DNA of 64,000 nucleotides, taken from the NCBI RefSeq assembly GCF_037042905.1, contig NC_087249.1, positions 52,328,001-52,392,000 of the forward strand, read 5' to 3'. The notes beneath the pieces were generated by a model that worked only from the letters and a program-made list of their open reading frames with translations, searched no databases and was not told the DNA's origin. This DNA is from Lytechinus pictus (taxonomy: Eukaryota). Shown here in pieces: positions 24,901 to 35,797 of this stretch (position 1 is the first letter of the stretch; every line of letters begins with the position of its first letter). The position numbers were made by a program, and so were the translations under genes.

Positions 24901-26295
24901 ACTCGTTTTAAATTGTTCCTCTCATTTTATTCTTTTCCATTGATTGCTTCTCTTCTTGAGTTTTGGTTTCCTTTATTGTTGCACATTATTATTATTGTCT
25001 TGACAGAGTGCTTTTAACATCATGCTTTACATAATTTACACAAGAGGTTCAACCTGGATGAATATATTGATTGTTCTCTTTTTCTTTGATCAATATTAGG
25101 TGTTCTAGTGATCTCAAGGTCAGGCCAGGAGCTCCAGACAGCATGCCACAAACTGATGGACATAAACGCTCAACTCAAAAAATCCATCAAAGTCATTGAA
25201 AACCTGGAAACCAAGGAAGAGGTGGAAGAGAAGAGTGAGGTAGAGAAGGCGGAAGGAGAAGGACCAGGGAAAGGTGACGAGAAAGTTAAGATGAGGAGGA
25301 AAGGCAACAGGAAGGGGAAGAATGATGGAAGGAAGAGCTGGAAGAGCGATGGGGATAGAAGCTCAAAGGAAGGAAGCGGGGAGGCCGGTCAGGGCGTCAA
25401 AAGCGGACGGGGTAATGATGAGAAGAAGAAAGGAAAGGAGGATAAGAAGGGGAAGCAGGAAAAGAAAAGATCCAGCAAGGAACTGACACCAGAAACTACT
25501 GGAACGGAGGAGAGGAATGATGGGAAAGGAAAAGATGGAAAAGGTGGGGAGGGAGAAGATTCGGAAGTTGTCGTTGTCACGGTGACGAGCGATGAAGGGG
25601 TGGGAGGTGATGTCGAGACGAAGGAAGCAAAGATTGTATTCCAGAGCAACGAGGGTGTGGAGAGTGAAGGGGTTGAAGGGCGCAAGGTGACGCTTGATAC
25701 CAAGGGGTCAACTGAGAACATGGAAGAAGTGAAGGTTGAGGATGTGACATTAAAGGATGCATCCAGCGGTAAGGCTGATGGAGAAGGGGTGGAAGGTGGC
25801 AGCGAAACCAGAACAATTGATGAGGAGGAGGTGGAGTCTGACTTGACCGCTCTCATTGAAGCCATTGAGGAAATGGAGGAAAAGGAGGAGATGGTGAATA
25901 AAGACAAAATGGAAGCCCTACCCTTGAAACTCACCGATGATGAAAACACCAGTACTGGTGCAGCAGGGGCAGGGGTTGAACCCTCCTCTCCGGCCAAAGG
26001 GGAAAGTTTTGCCCCCCTTCCTGACATGGATAGTGGCGTCATGGCCGAGACTCCAGACTCTCAAGCACCTGACAACAAAACTTCCTTCACCGATGATGTC
26101 CCACTGGATATTCAGGTCACACCTGCAGAAGAGGACAAACTCTTTCCTCCAGACAAGGAGCCATTGAGGAAGGGGTCAACGGGAGAGACAGAGAATGAGA
26201 CGGAGAAGAAGGCTCTTGGAATCACCGAAGATGTTTGGCAGAAAGATCCCAACTCCAGACCAACATCTGGAGAAAGTCTTTGCACAGAGCTTTAG
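6110..26295 (+). CDS. fry: Protein furry homolog (FRY/FRYL family), 3' portion; spliced, 5' end outside window
   Basis: Exons 6110-6415, 6987-7163, 7804-7914, 8558-8694, 10032-10303, 11340-11503, 12613-12663, 13077-13106, 19465-19584, 20136-20335, 23629-23726, 25100-26295 join in frame (2862 nt). Peptides WRKPQQSQRRTRERIL..GLPRSPSVIFSS, KEFDF, GFNW, CPFVYVDTETL, ELCRRLYRL..DSYCKLI and RSMWSGELFGSSEEDD..CHKLMDIN match the Furry C-terminal region as I recall it from vertebrate FRY/FRYL. Confidence 0.9.
6987..7163 (+). CDS. fry: furry exon (VIFSSTSD...KEFDFEGEEVDRE)
   Basis: ttttcag acceptor, GTATGC donor, phase 0-0. Confidence 0.85.
7186..7705. repeat. (GAT)n-rich microsatellite region with two assembly gaps (N 7282-7515, 7565-7692)
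   Basis: Direct observation; lies in a furry intron. Confidence 0.9.
7804..7914 (+). CDS. fry: furry exon (DGKGFNWYDSRHSLEDIDS...EDE)
   Basis: ttttcag acceptor, GTAAGA donor, 111 nt; FNW..SL.DID motif. Confidence 0.85.
8558..8694 (+). CDS. fry: furry exon (TSISGADD...SGSLS)
   Basis: catacag acceptor, GTCAGA donor; phase 0-2 matches next exon. Confidence 0.75.
8930..9798. mobile_element. About 870-bp foldback/hairpin element in a furry intron
   Basis: Arms of about 430 bp are imperfect reverse complements, e.g. CAAAATGGCAAATGAACGACCAATGAAAATGAGATGGACTT and its mirror; very short central loop near 9355. Confidence 0.85.
10032..10303 (+). CDS. fry: furry exon (GGSDID...EACNYLGDRMRSIALQF), ends at U12 AT donor
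   Basis: cctag acceptor, phase 2; ends at ATATCCTTT. Confidence 0.88.
10304..11339 (+). other. U12-type (minor spliceosome) AT-AC intron of furry
   Basis: 5' ATATCCTTT at 10304; branch site TCCTTAAC at 11320-11327; 3' end TTCAC at 11339. Splicing gives ...CAG TTC C|TG AAT ACC (QFLNTLEV), in frame. Confidence 0.92.
11003..11299 (-). mobile_element. tRNA-derived SINE inside the U12 intron
   Basis: Minus strand TGGAGCGTTGTGGCCCAGTGG (A box), GGGTTCAAATCCC (B box), body, (ATT)n tail. Confidence 0.8.
11340..11503 (+). CDS. fry: furry exon (LNTLEVLSTHALCPFVYVDTETL...RDLTVE)
   Basis: AC acceptor, GTAAGT donor; conserved CP.V.VD.ETL and VLELNEH.DTY motifs. Confidence 0.9.
12613..12663 (+). CDS. 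fry: furry exon (CLDSIKASLKRQTLVAH)
   Basis: ttttatag acceptor, GTAAGT donor, 51 nt, phase 0-0. Confidence 0.8.
12903..12959. repeat. (GAT)n microsatellite
   Basis: About 19 perfect GAT units. Confidence 0.95.
13077..13106 (+). CDS. fry: furry 30-nt small exon (DINGPTGEEQ)
   Basis: atacag acceptor, CAG|GTAAAA donor, phase 0-0. Confidence 0.65.
15095..15115 (+). CDS. fry: candidate alternative 21-nt furry microexon (ERVHINH)
   Basis: ACAG acceptor with weak pyrimidine tract, CAT|GTAAGT donor, phase 0-0; TACTAAC upstream, TGCATG and YGCY cluster downstream. Confidence 0.5.
16455..16850. mobile_element. PIF/Harbinger-type MITE
   Basis: AGCCCG(T/G)CTCACACT(G/A)TG TIRs with TTA on both flanks. 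Confidence 0.75.
17078..17536. mobile_element. hAT-type MITE with AATTAC subrepeats
   Basis: CAGGGTTGG(G)CTCA TIRs; degenerate 8-bp TSD ATCATGTT/GTCTTGTT. Confidence 0.65.
19465..19584 (+). CDS. fry: furry exon (QIELCRRLYRL...GPHASH)
   Basis: Long pyrimidine tract plus gtag, GTGAGT donor, 120 nt; ELCRRLY and YCKLI motifs. Confidence 0.9.
20136..20335 (+). CDS. fry: furry exon (IVDFSVLV...LRFLHVYR)
   Basis: tgcag acceptor, AG|GTAAAC donor, phase 0-2. Confidence 0.85.
20681..22510. mobile_element. Non-autonomous hAT-type DNA transposon (1.83 kb)
   Basis: TIR TAGTGCTG(C/T)A, perfect 8-bp TSD GTTTTTCA (20673-20680, 22511-22518), subterminal GTTCG(G) arrays at both ends, no transposase ORF. Confidence 0.88.
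22882..23553 (-). mobile_element. 5'-truncated L2/CR1-group LINE 3' end (ORF2 C-terminus)
   Basis: 189-aa ORF with SRLDYANSLLYG..LQRVQNRAAKLI..HVTPLLRELHWLPV..APRLWNDLP..FKKHLKT.LF, then short 3' UTR and (ATT)n tail. Confidence 0.9.
23629..23726 (+). CDS. fry: furry exon (SMWSGELFGSSEEDD...DGRS)
   Basis: ttttag acceptor, GTATGT donor, phase 2-1. Confidence 0.88.
24098..24330 (+). mobile_element. tRNA-derived SINE related to the 11003-11299 copy
   Basis: TGTGGCTCAGTGG A box, GGTTTGAATCCC B box, shared ATGGGTA core. Confidence 0.7.
24339..24972. mobile_element. Palindromic MITE (AGGAAACC..GGTTTCCT, TTA(A) target; Kolobok-like)
   Basis: Terminal inverted repeats plus long internal inverted arms (about 24465-24600 versus 24715-24845). 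Confidence 0.75.
25100..26295 (+). CDS. fry: furry terminal exon with long charged low-complexity tail
   Basis: attag acceptor, phase 1; begins GVLVISRSGQELQTACHKLMDINAQLKKSIKVI; open for about 398 codons to TAG. Confidence 0.88.
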
Positions 26296-28120
26296 GACCA
26301 AAACATAACTTGCCATTCAGAGAGCTTGAGTGATATGAATATTGGTGTAAGAAATGGTGAACCAGAACTTGTTTGCAAGAAATCTTAATGTCAAATGTGT
26401 TTAAAAGTTTTGTATCTGGAACCACAGCCAGAATGAAGATGTTATACATGTGTGTTTGCCATAAATGCCCTAAATTTGATTAATGAGTAACAATAAAAAA
26501 AAACATGTGAATGACCATTTGTAAAAGTGTGAAATCCTCAAACTGTGTATCTCATATCTGCTATCTTTCGTTGATTTGGCCCAATACATTCACATCATTC
26601 TATTTAGCAAAAGACACTAGAATTTGCAATGGAAGACAATATTGATGCCATTAAATTAGAGGGAATGGAGTATTTTCACTATATTTATTAAAAAAAAAAA
26701 AAATATATAACAATTAGGCTGAATGCACAGATAAGTTTGGTTTATTTAGGTGTCTTTATGTGGATATTACAACAGGTATTCAATAATGTTTTGGGATTCT
26801 TTTGCAATATCACTGTACAATTTAATGTTTTCAACGACAATACTTTCATTGGAGTGGAATACTGACCATTTTTATGTTATCAAGTTCTTTGTTGTTTTCT
26901 TGTAGAATAGCCTTGTTTTCAACATTTCTTGTTTTTAAAAAAAATTCTTGCTTTCTTATGAGAAAATAGTTGCAATAAAATGCTGTGCAGTCATCATTTT
27001 TTTAGAAGCCCATTGATTTTGTTCACTTCCAAATCAAGTATTATACATTTAACCCTTTGTTTACTGGAACTGGCTAGTTGCTGTACAAAGCCCATAGTTA
27101 TAAGATAATTTAGTAGTCAACTTGTTAAGTTATTTGCAATTCATTCAAACCATGACAATGTAACATATTTGTGAATGAATGGCTTGAAACAATGCTATTG
27201 ATGTGAACAAAATATATATTCTAAAACAAATAACTGGGCCTTGAAACAGCTCAACAATATATATTGTAATCATAAAAATTACATTTAGGGGGAATCCCCA
27301 GAGGTGCTTTGGTTTTCTTGTTCATATATACCCTTGCTAATGACTTCATTCACTTGTATATAAATGAGATACATGTACATGTTTATTTAAATGTTGTACT
27401 AATATACTGCAGCAGAACATTTGTTTTTATGTATTTGCATTGTTGCTGTACTTATTTAAAAATGTGGAAATATTCTCTGTATCAATATTCAATAATCACA
27501 AAAGTATCTTACAGTTAATATGGACATATTCTTTGTGATAGTTTCTAAATTATTAATGTAGGATGAAAAGTTTTTGAGTATGTTTGATGGTAACAGATTC
27601 ATGTGGTTTAATTTTAATTTTCGATTAAAATGAAAGTGACTGTATAGTACATTGGCACATATCATGTACATACCGGTATGCTTCTAGTTTGTTCTATGTG
27701 TTTCATTTCCTTCTATTCTAACATAGTGTCCTCCCTGCTCCTTCCAAAAATTTTATTTATCATCGTTGCCATGATTTGTATTTTGTGCAGAAAATATGAC
27801 TTTATTGCTTCATAATAATTTGTGAACAAATTTTCGGCATTACTCCTTTGTGTTTAAGATCGCATGCTTGGTCTGTAATGATTCTGTATATTGCTTCAGT
27901 TGCCCATGTTTTTAAACAAAACATTCATATGCATAGTTTTTAATATGGATTTATTCTAGAAAATATTGTAAATTTTATTTAAATGTGGATTTATTTGACA
28001 CTTACCTTTCAGCCATGTGATAAATATGTGCTAATTACATGTATGATAACCTTTTTTTTTTAAACCTTTTTAGATTATGATTGTCTAAAGGTAGTGTAAA
28101 GAGGGATCTGGAAATATATC

Positions 28121-28290
28121 TGGGGGTGTTTCATGAAAGTTGTCAGCGCTGACTAAATTGTCAGAGCTGACAATTTCAGTTAAATCCTTGGTTTTTATTG
28201 GCTGAGAGGCACTAACCTCTGACCGTTACCGTGGTAACTGTCAGAGAAAGACAAGTTGTCAGTGCTGACAACTTCATGAAACGGTCCCCA
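28121..28290. mobile_element. Small hairpin MITE (GGG..TTTCAT / ATGAAA..CCC family)
   Basis: Inverted ends and central ATTGG. Related copies at about 1651-1800, 4694-4840, 50766-50922, 52326-52455 and 52870-53146. Confidence 0.7.
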
Positions 28291-31030
28291 GTTCTTCATT
28301 ATGTTCTCAAAATGATTTACATATTTATTTGTCGAGAAATGAGTAGAACAAAGAGATTTGAGCAAACAATGTTTATGTCGAAGATCAGTTCCCGATAGAC
28401 ATCTGATACGTTTTCAGCTCAGATGAATAGTAATTATATTTGGTACTCTTCAAATGATTACCTCTTTCCAAAAGTGGTCAATGATATTACATGACATAAT
28501 CACATATATGCTAATTTACCATAACTGGGATAATAAATGGTGATTAACAGTATTTTTTTATTCATAATCAAGTATTTAATTTTACTTTGAAGTAAATTAA
28601 AACCCCACAAAATTCATGGAGAGTTCCAGTGTCTGTGAATAAATGAATGAATGTAATAAAACTTATAGCAGAAATCCTGATTTAGAGTACTAGCAATTAG
28701 TCATGTTGTGAAGGAATTAAATTCAGCTTGTTTTGATTCACATGAAACTTATTTTAGATTTGAATTATGGTATATATCACCGACTTTGTATTGATATTGA
28801 TGAACATTGCTGCAGTTTCTTTAAGAGCCCAGAACTAGAAAAGATTTTTACATTATCCCCAAACATTGCTAAAGTATATTATCTGTCTTATTTTTAAAGG
28901 TGATTTATGTTCTGGTCAACTAACTTCAATACTCTATGGAGAGTGGGGGAAAATATTGCTTTTATAACAAAATATACTGGTATTTATTTGCTTATTTCCT
29001 AATTTCATTGACCTGGCTCTTTATCATTATGTAACTTTGTCTAGATTTAATTCATATTAGCGAAGTGATGTAATTTGGACATTGAGAGCTCCCAGCCTAC
29101 TTTGCATTTCCGACCATTCAAATAGGACTGAATAATTCCATTGAATTGTGAACACACAACATCAAGCCCCTTTTTACAGATATGAATTTGCCTGGTACAT
29201 ATTGCAAAATAATTATGTTTCTGCATCACCCCAATGATAAAAAATGAACATGGACCTATTGTAATAGGTCCATGATATGAATGACTGATGATAAAATAGA
29301 ATTTGCATAAGTCGACCTTCCCTGTTTTAAGTCAAATAAATGCTTAATCAAGCATTTTTCCAGTTCAGAATATGCAAAACATTTTATTTACATGTTGTAA
29401 GTCAAAATTCGGTCAAGTAAAACAGATGGTTGTGGCCCCAAGATATTTTACTTGGGCAGATTCACTGGTGCGTTGTGTTTGTTTGGGAACATATTGAAAA
29501 GAGAGGGTCATTAGTTGTGAAATTGAAATGCCAGTTATGAAGTGTGGTTTTCAAAACATACCATCACTCGTACCTTTGATACTAAGATATCCATACTTAT
29601 TTATTTCATCAGCACCTTGAGGTCATCAGTGATATAACCCAATACAAGTTCAAATAATTTAATGGTTAATATTGAAAGTAATAGCTTTAGTTTACATGGA
29701 TTTAGAGAGCCACAAAGTAAGAGTTGGTATTAGGTATTAATCAAAAAATACATTTTAAATCATAATAATAACCACGTCTTGGTCTGAATGAGGTATTGGA
29801 CATGATTAATGATGGGTCTTGGCTCGAGAAAGAGAAGTTATGATAACGATGAAGATAAGAATTCTGAGTTTGATGTTTACCCAAAATGTTCTCTTTATCC
29901 TTCTGTGTATACCTTGTGAAAAGTTGTGCCCTGTAGAACGTCATGTCATCAGATCTATATGAATTGTGTGTCCCGTATTTATTTGTTTGTTCCAAAATAA
30001 ATTTTTAGAAGCACATGCCTGCAAGCAGAACTTGAAGTTGTTGGTTGCATTTATTGATAGTTTCATTTTGCTTCGTACACAGGAGAATAGTGTAAGGAAA
30101 TGATGATCTCACAGTTCTTTCCTCTAGCGATGGATCCAAACAAGAACTTGTGCAAGGCATTCAAGTGGGATATGCCTTGGTTGTGATTGTTATCAAAGTG
30201 TAAATCACTTGAGTCATATAAAATTGTTTATGACAAGTATCCATGGGGATGAACAACTGTGATGTCACAATTCTTTTCTCGATTCTCCTGTTAATAATAA
30301 TAATAGTTATATAGGTATATTTACCTAGTTCTGAAAACTGTTCTCCCAGCGGGCCCTGCTATAATTATTACCCCAGTTTTAGCTGGGCTGCCTATTTAAT
30401 AAAAATCAAAGAACACAAAAAGACAGGGAGAGAGAGATAAATAGAGAGAGAGAAGGGTTGAGAGGAAAGCAGATAATTTATTTGGGGGAGGGGCTGTAGC
30501 ATAGAACTATTTGCAAAGTTGTGCATGACTTTATTTTGAAATCATTGGCGTATGTTAATACAAAGTGAAATACAAAGTGAAATCCTTTGTATTTACAACT
30601 TTGACCATACGCTTGTATCTTGAACTGTTTTTTTTTTTATGGCAAATAACATTCTTTCCACGTAAATAGATGTTTACAATGACTGCTTCTTATTAATGAC
30701 TTAATGTAGGAACAAAGAAGTTTTAAAAGGAATATCATAATAATGGAATTCTAAAATACTAGTGCTTATAGGGATGAAGGAAGGACCTGCTCGAATTTGA
30801 ATTTCCCCTAACTCGAACAGATCTCAGAGGTTCCAAGAGTTCCGATGTGGGCAGATCCACCTTTTATACTTTTTTCAATGTTGTTTAACCACGATTACTT
30901 GATTTATAGGAGGCAATATCTGGAGTCAAACAACTACCGAAGAAGTCAACTAAGATTTTAGGAACTACTGTCGATTCTATTGAATCTCAATCAGCTAGAC
31001 TTAGTTTCTAAAGTTTAAGTACCTTGCAGT

Positions 31031-31350
31031 TGATAAGTGTATCGTGCTAATGTAAATAGACTTCTGGGATGTTTGGTTTGATAAGAGAAGTTAGAGGGGT
31101 GTGTGTATGTAAAGCGATAAGAGAGATGAGAAACACCGATATTTAGTGGAGTTTGGTCAATATGAGCATACTGTTAATTGCAATGCTACATTAGCATATT
31201 GTCCGAAATATATACATGGGACATATTTTGGGCAATTTACCCGTTTATAGAAAGTGATAACATGTTTTCATCTTAAGGACAAGGGGGGAAGGAGAGACTT
31301 TTTAAATTCTTCGGCAACAGAAAGCAGGCAAGTTATGATCCAATGATTGG
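31031..31350 (+). promoter_or_regulatory. Putative TMEM184-like promoter with GATA cluster and inverted CCAAT pair
   Basis: GATAA at about 31032, 31080, 31116, 31256; CCAATGATTGG at 31340-31350, about 140 bp before the ATG. Confidence 0.35.
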
Positions 31351-31491
31351 CGTGAGCTTTTCCTCTTCGGACTAACAAGAAACAAATGAAGAAGTACTAT
31401 ATTGGAATGTACTTAGTGTGTCGCGGTCTTTCATTTCGCAACTGAACCGTGAACTTCAATTAGTCCTGCTCTTTGCTCAAAGAATTTCAAG

Positions 31492-34400
31492 ATGGCGGTC
31501 AATTGCTCTAAACTCTGCGGAAGCTGCTTAGGAGGGGAATGGAGAAAACACTCTCAGAAGATTTTTCTGGCCGTCTATTTAGTAATCGCAATCGTAGCGT
31601 TTGCTCTGACAATATGGGAGACCGTCGTCACCTCTATGAATTCTGATGATCCGGTAAACTATCTTTGGTTTGTTGCTGGGATATCGGCACAACTCGCTAC
31701 CGCCATCTCATTTTGGAATATCTTCAATCACCTGGTTTATTACTCAAAACCAAGCCAACAGAAATATATAGTCAGGTATGAATGGCATGAAATCCAATTC
31801 ATGATGCTAAATGCCGAATAGTGGATTTTATAGTAGGCCTTGTTCAATATGTTAAATGCAAGATGGTTCTAAGAAGGAATTAAGGATTTAAGTTACACAT
31901 GATCCCTAAAAGGGTACTCCAAAAGTATTTCAAGTATTAATATATTAATGTCAAATTAAAGCAAAACATTTAATAGGCTCTTTTGCGTTATAGAATACGT
32001 CACTGTAACATAAGACATTTCAGATTTTATGATTTTGAGAAAAGTTCATGCTCCAAAAGTGATTAACATGATTATTGGTTTATTTATTTTACATTCAAGT
32101 ACTGATGTCCATCGTTATCGGCAATTAAGTGTCGGGCGATATTTATGAAAAACAAATAGGATTAGTAAAAAAAAAAAAGATAAATAAATGAATATACCTG
32201 ATAATATGATTTTGATTCAAGGAAGCAAACTATGAATTCTTAATTAATGGTTGATGCAAAGACCGCCTTATATACATTGCTATGATATCACAGTCTTTTG
32301 GGTGGACTTTGGAAGGTATACAAGAAAATGAATATACACGTGTGATGATGATTTTATCTCATCTTATCTTCTTTTATTACAGAATGCTAGGTATTGTTCC
32401 CGCTCATAGTATCAATTGCGTGAGTATAATTGGGAAGGAGATGTTGTTTGTTATTATTTTCTTTCATTAAGTCATATAAGACTCATAAACAGTACGATTT
32501 TTATTAAGTTATTCGTCAGGGTGACTCAAGTAGATTTTTCATTTTCCGTTTTGTCCAAAAATTTGACAAATATCAAAACAGTCTGTTTGTCAAAAGAACT
32601 TCTATCACAAGCAGAAAAGCTTTAAACTTGTATCGTATATATGAACATTTGATCTTTTGAAGTCTTCAAAAATATGGACCCGTATTCTTATATCCAGTTA
32701 AACTGTGGTTTAAATCAGGATTGATTACGAGTACCCACATGGGACACATTCTATGAGCGCATTTGGCGCTCTAAAGATACTTTAATTATCTAGGAATTAT
32801 ATCATTTCTTCACCATAAGCATGAGAAAATATTTCAGTAAGTTGAATGAAGTATAAGCAAAGTTTTGTCGGTTGCAGGTAACTGACAAATTGACAAGCAA
32901 CAGGAAGGATATGTCTTCTCTCCAAAAGGGACATATTTTCATCCTGAATTCCAAATGAGGGAAGGGGTACAATACCGGGGGGTGGGCACTTTACATCCTC
33001 TGTATGTCAGTAAGGTATCCCTTTGTTGATGTACAACAATCTTTATTATTGTTATTCTCCAATGTAGTGGTTTTCGATCAAGTTCGTTAAGTCGGCCATC
33101 TATCTGGATACGATACGAAATTTCTACCAGGCTGTTGTTATCTACTGCTTTATGTCTCTTCTATTGGTTTACCTGAACGAAACATTCGACGATCTGGAGA
33201 AAATCCTCATCAGCAGACCGAAATTTAAACCACAACCACCGTGCTGCTGTGTAAAAGCCGTCCCAAACAAAAGGTATATTTTATATTTTAATCCTGTAAT
33301 CCTGTCCGAAAAAAATAATCGTCAAGGAGAAATGCGTCTATCAGAACGCCTGAATATGAATTTAATTCCATATCTTTATGTAGACAAATTACAAAATAAA
33401 ATGGGGTTCAATAGACAGTATATGTAAATAACATGTATATCATCTGCTGCTATGGTGATCCTTATGTTTTCAGGCCTATCCAAAATTGATTTATCATTTT
33501 ATCATGATCATAGGAGACTAAATTATACATGTACGCTTATGTTGTAAAGATCGGGTCTACTATTAACTAACTTATGGACACTATAAAAGGGCCCCGCAAC
33601 AAATACATTTTTTTTTTAAATGAATCATTGATTGGTCATGATATTTTGGTTATCATTTTTTTTATGAATGGTCACTATGATTCAAATCTATGCTTTCTAA
33701 CCTAGGGTATAATAAAAGACTTCGAATAATCCCTCCTTACTAAAAACGATCCTTATGTGTATATCATTTAAAAATATGTTTATGTAATCAGTATCTGTAT
33801 CTGTTTTGGTAGATTAATTGGAAGATGTCGAGCCGGTGTTCTTAACTATACTATACTCCATCCAATTATCACGATATTAACTATGTAAGTACAGCTCAGC
33901 TTTACATTATTCTTGTTGAAAGGTATATTGCTGTCGGAGTTGGTAAATGTAAACTATGTGTAAATCTTTATTTGGCAATTGCTTACTACTATCTGACTAT
34001 TTCGTGTTTCAATGATCTCGAATGTTCATTACCTTGATTTCTTGGCCATAAATTAGGTTATCGGGGGCCGGGTCAGGGTGAACGATGTTTGGAGAAATTG
34101 AAGATTATTCGAAGCTATCTGCAGTGTGTCGCGCTGTATACGTACTAAGAAGGTGATGCCCGATTTTGATTGGTGAAAAGTTAATCACGTGATAAAAGTT
34201 TTTGCCGGTCAAACACAAGATGGCGTTCTGTATTTCACTGCACATCATCAATGTTTGGAGTTAGAGAGAACTATGTGTATTATGCTGTACTATCTTCGAG
34301 GAAGAGTCGTTGTGTAGTCCTATACACTCTAAAAATGAATCAGTGCTAACTGCACTTCAGAGTGCTGATCCCCCCTTTTTTAGTGTACTATCAGATTAGA

Positions 34401-35762
34401 GTTTGTTGGTTATTATGTACAAATTAATAAAAAGTTCGTTGAACTGTATACTATCTTACCATGGCTAGTTTTCCTACTTATATTTTGAACAGAATAACAA
34501 CCGTTACAGGCCATTATACTGAAGGAAGTTTCATTGGATTATGGATCTGGTTCGCAATAATAGATGGGGTCTCCCAAGTTGTAAGAATTTATTATTGTTT
34601 CATTGTGCAAGGAATAATGTGTCGTATATTTAGGCCTACATAATATTTATTCCCAACTTCGAATAATAATGAAATTACACAAACGAATTGATTACAAAAT
34701 TGAAATTAAATGAAATTTAGTTTACTGCCAAGGAAGAAGAGTACACTTTATTACTTTAATCATGATAGCCCCCCCCAAAAAAAAAAAAAAGGGTGGGAAT
34801 GCTCTTGGTAGACTATATCTTAATAGCAAAGATGATTACGTGTTGTTGTTTTTTGTCAGATAAACGTCACTAAAGTAATCAAAATTCATCACATTCGACA
34901 GAGGGGAGAATGCAAATTTTCTAAGAAATAATACAACCTTCTTATTTTGTTTGACATTGGCTTTCATAAGGGATGGTAAATCCTCTACTCCCACCCCCCC
35001 CCCCTTCCCCAATCAGGTGGCGCCGCCGTTTATTTTATTATTAGCTTGTTCATTAATTACTTTAAATAATGTTTCAAACTAAACACATCACCAATTCTAC
35101 ACACCAACGTTCTCACGGGGAAAATGTCTATTATTAAAAAAATCCTGATAATTAGTATATAAATAACCAAATTTAAAATTCAAATTGGATTTTATTTCCA
35201 GCAGAAAATATAATACATTAAACATTACATACGTGCATAATTACATTCGATGACATAAATGAAATTCAAGATACAAATAATGTGACAAACACAGAAAATG
35301 TTTGTAGATAAATAATGAAAATATAAAATTGAAATAAAGTAGGCATATTTATCTTATTTCCTCACTATATCCCTTCATCTTTGAGTGGGCGATGTACTGT
35401 TTGATGGTATTCTATCGAGCCACAAAGGAGGAACTAGCTGGGTTGCATCCAATCAGTAAACTAATCACAGTCCAGTTAACCATCTTCGGTGCTTTCTTCC
35501 AATCATTCATCATCGCTCTGGTCATTGGTCTCAGCAATCCAAACCTTGATCCAGAGAACTGGGGCTATGATGATCAGCAGAAACTGCGCTTCTCAAGATT
35601 CATACAGGTTCGTGAATTTTATTGTTTAACGGAGGAACTTGGATTAGTTGGATTTGAGGGGGTAACGCGCCTATCCAGTACCCAAATGGTTTTTGAAGTG
35701 ACAGCACCTCGTGCATGAAAAAAATACTGCTATAATGATAAAGATGAAGATGATAATAATAA

Positions 35763-35797
<35 letters not shown>

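Noticed and set aside
25389-26042. 217-aa Ser/Pro-rich minus-strand ORF
   Set aside because: Antisense shadow of the furry terminal exon.
26284-26295. C-terminal CTEL as an ER-retention signal
   Set aside because: Furry is a cytoplasmic scaffold, not a luminal protein; a PDZ-type motif is more plausible.
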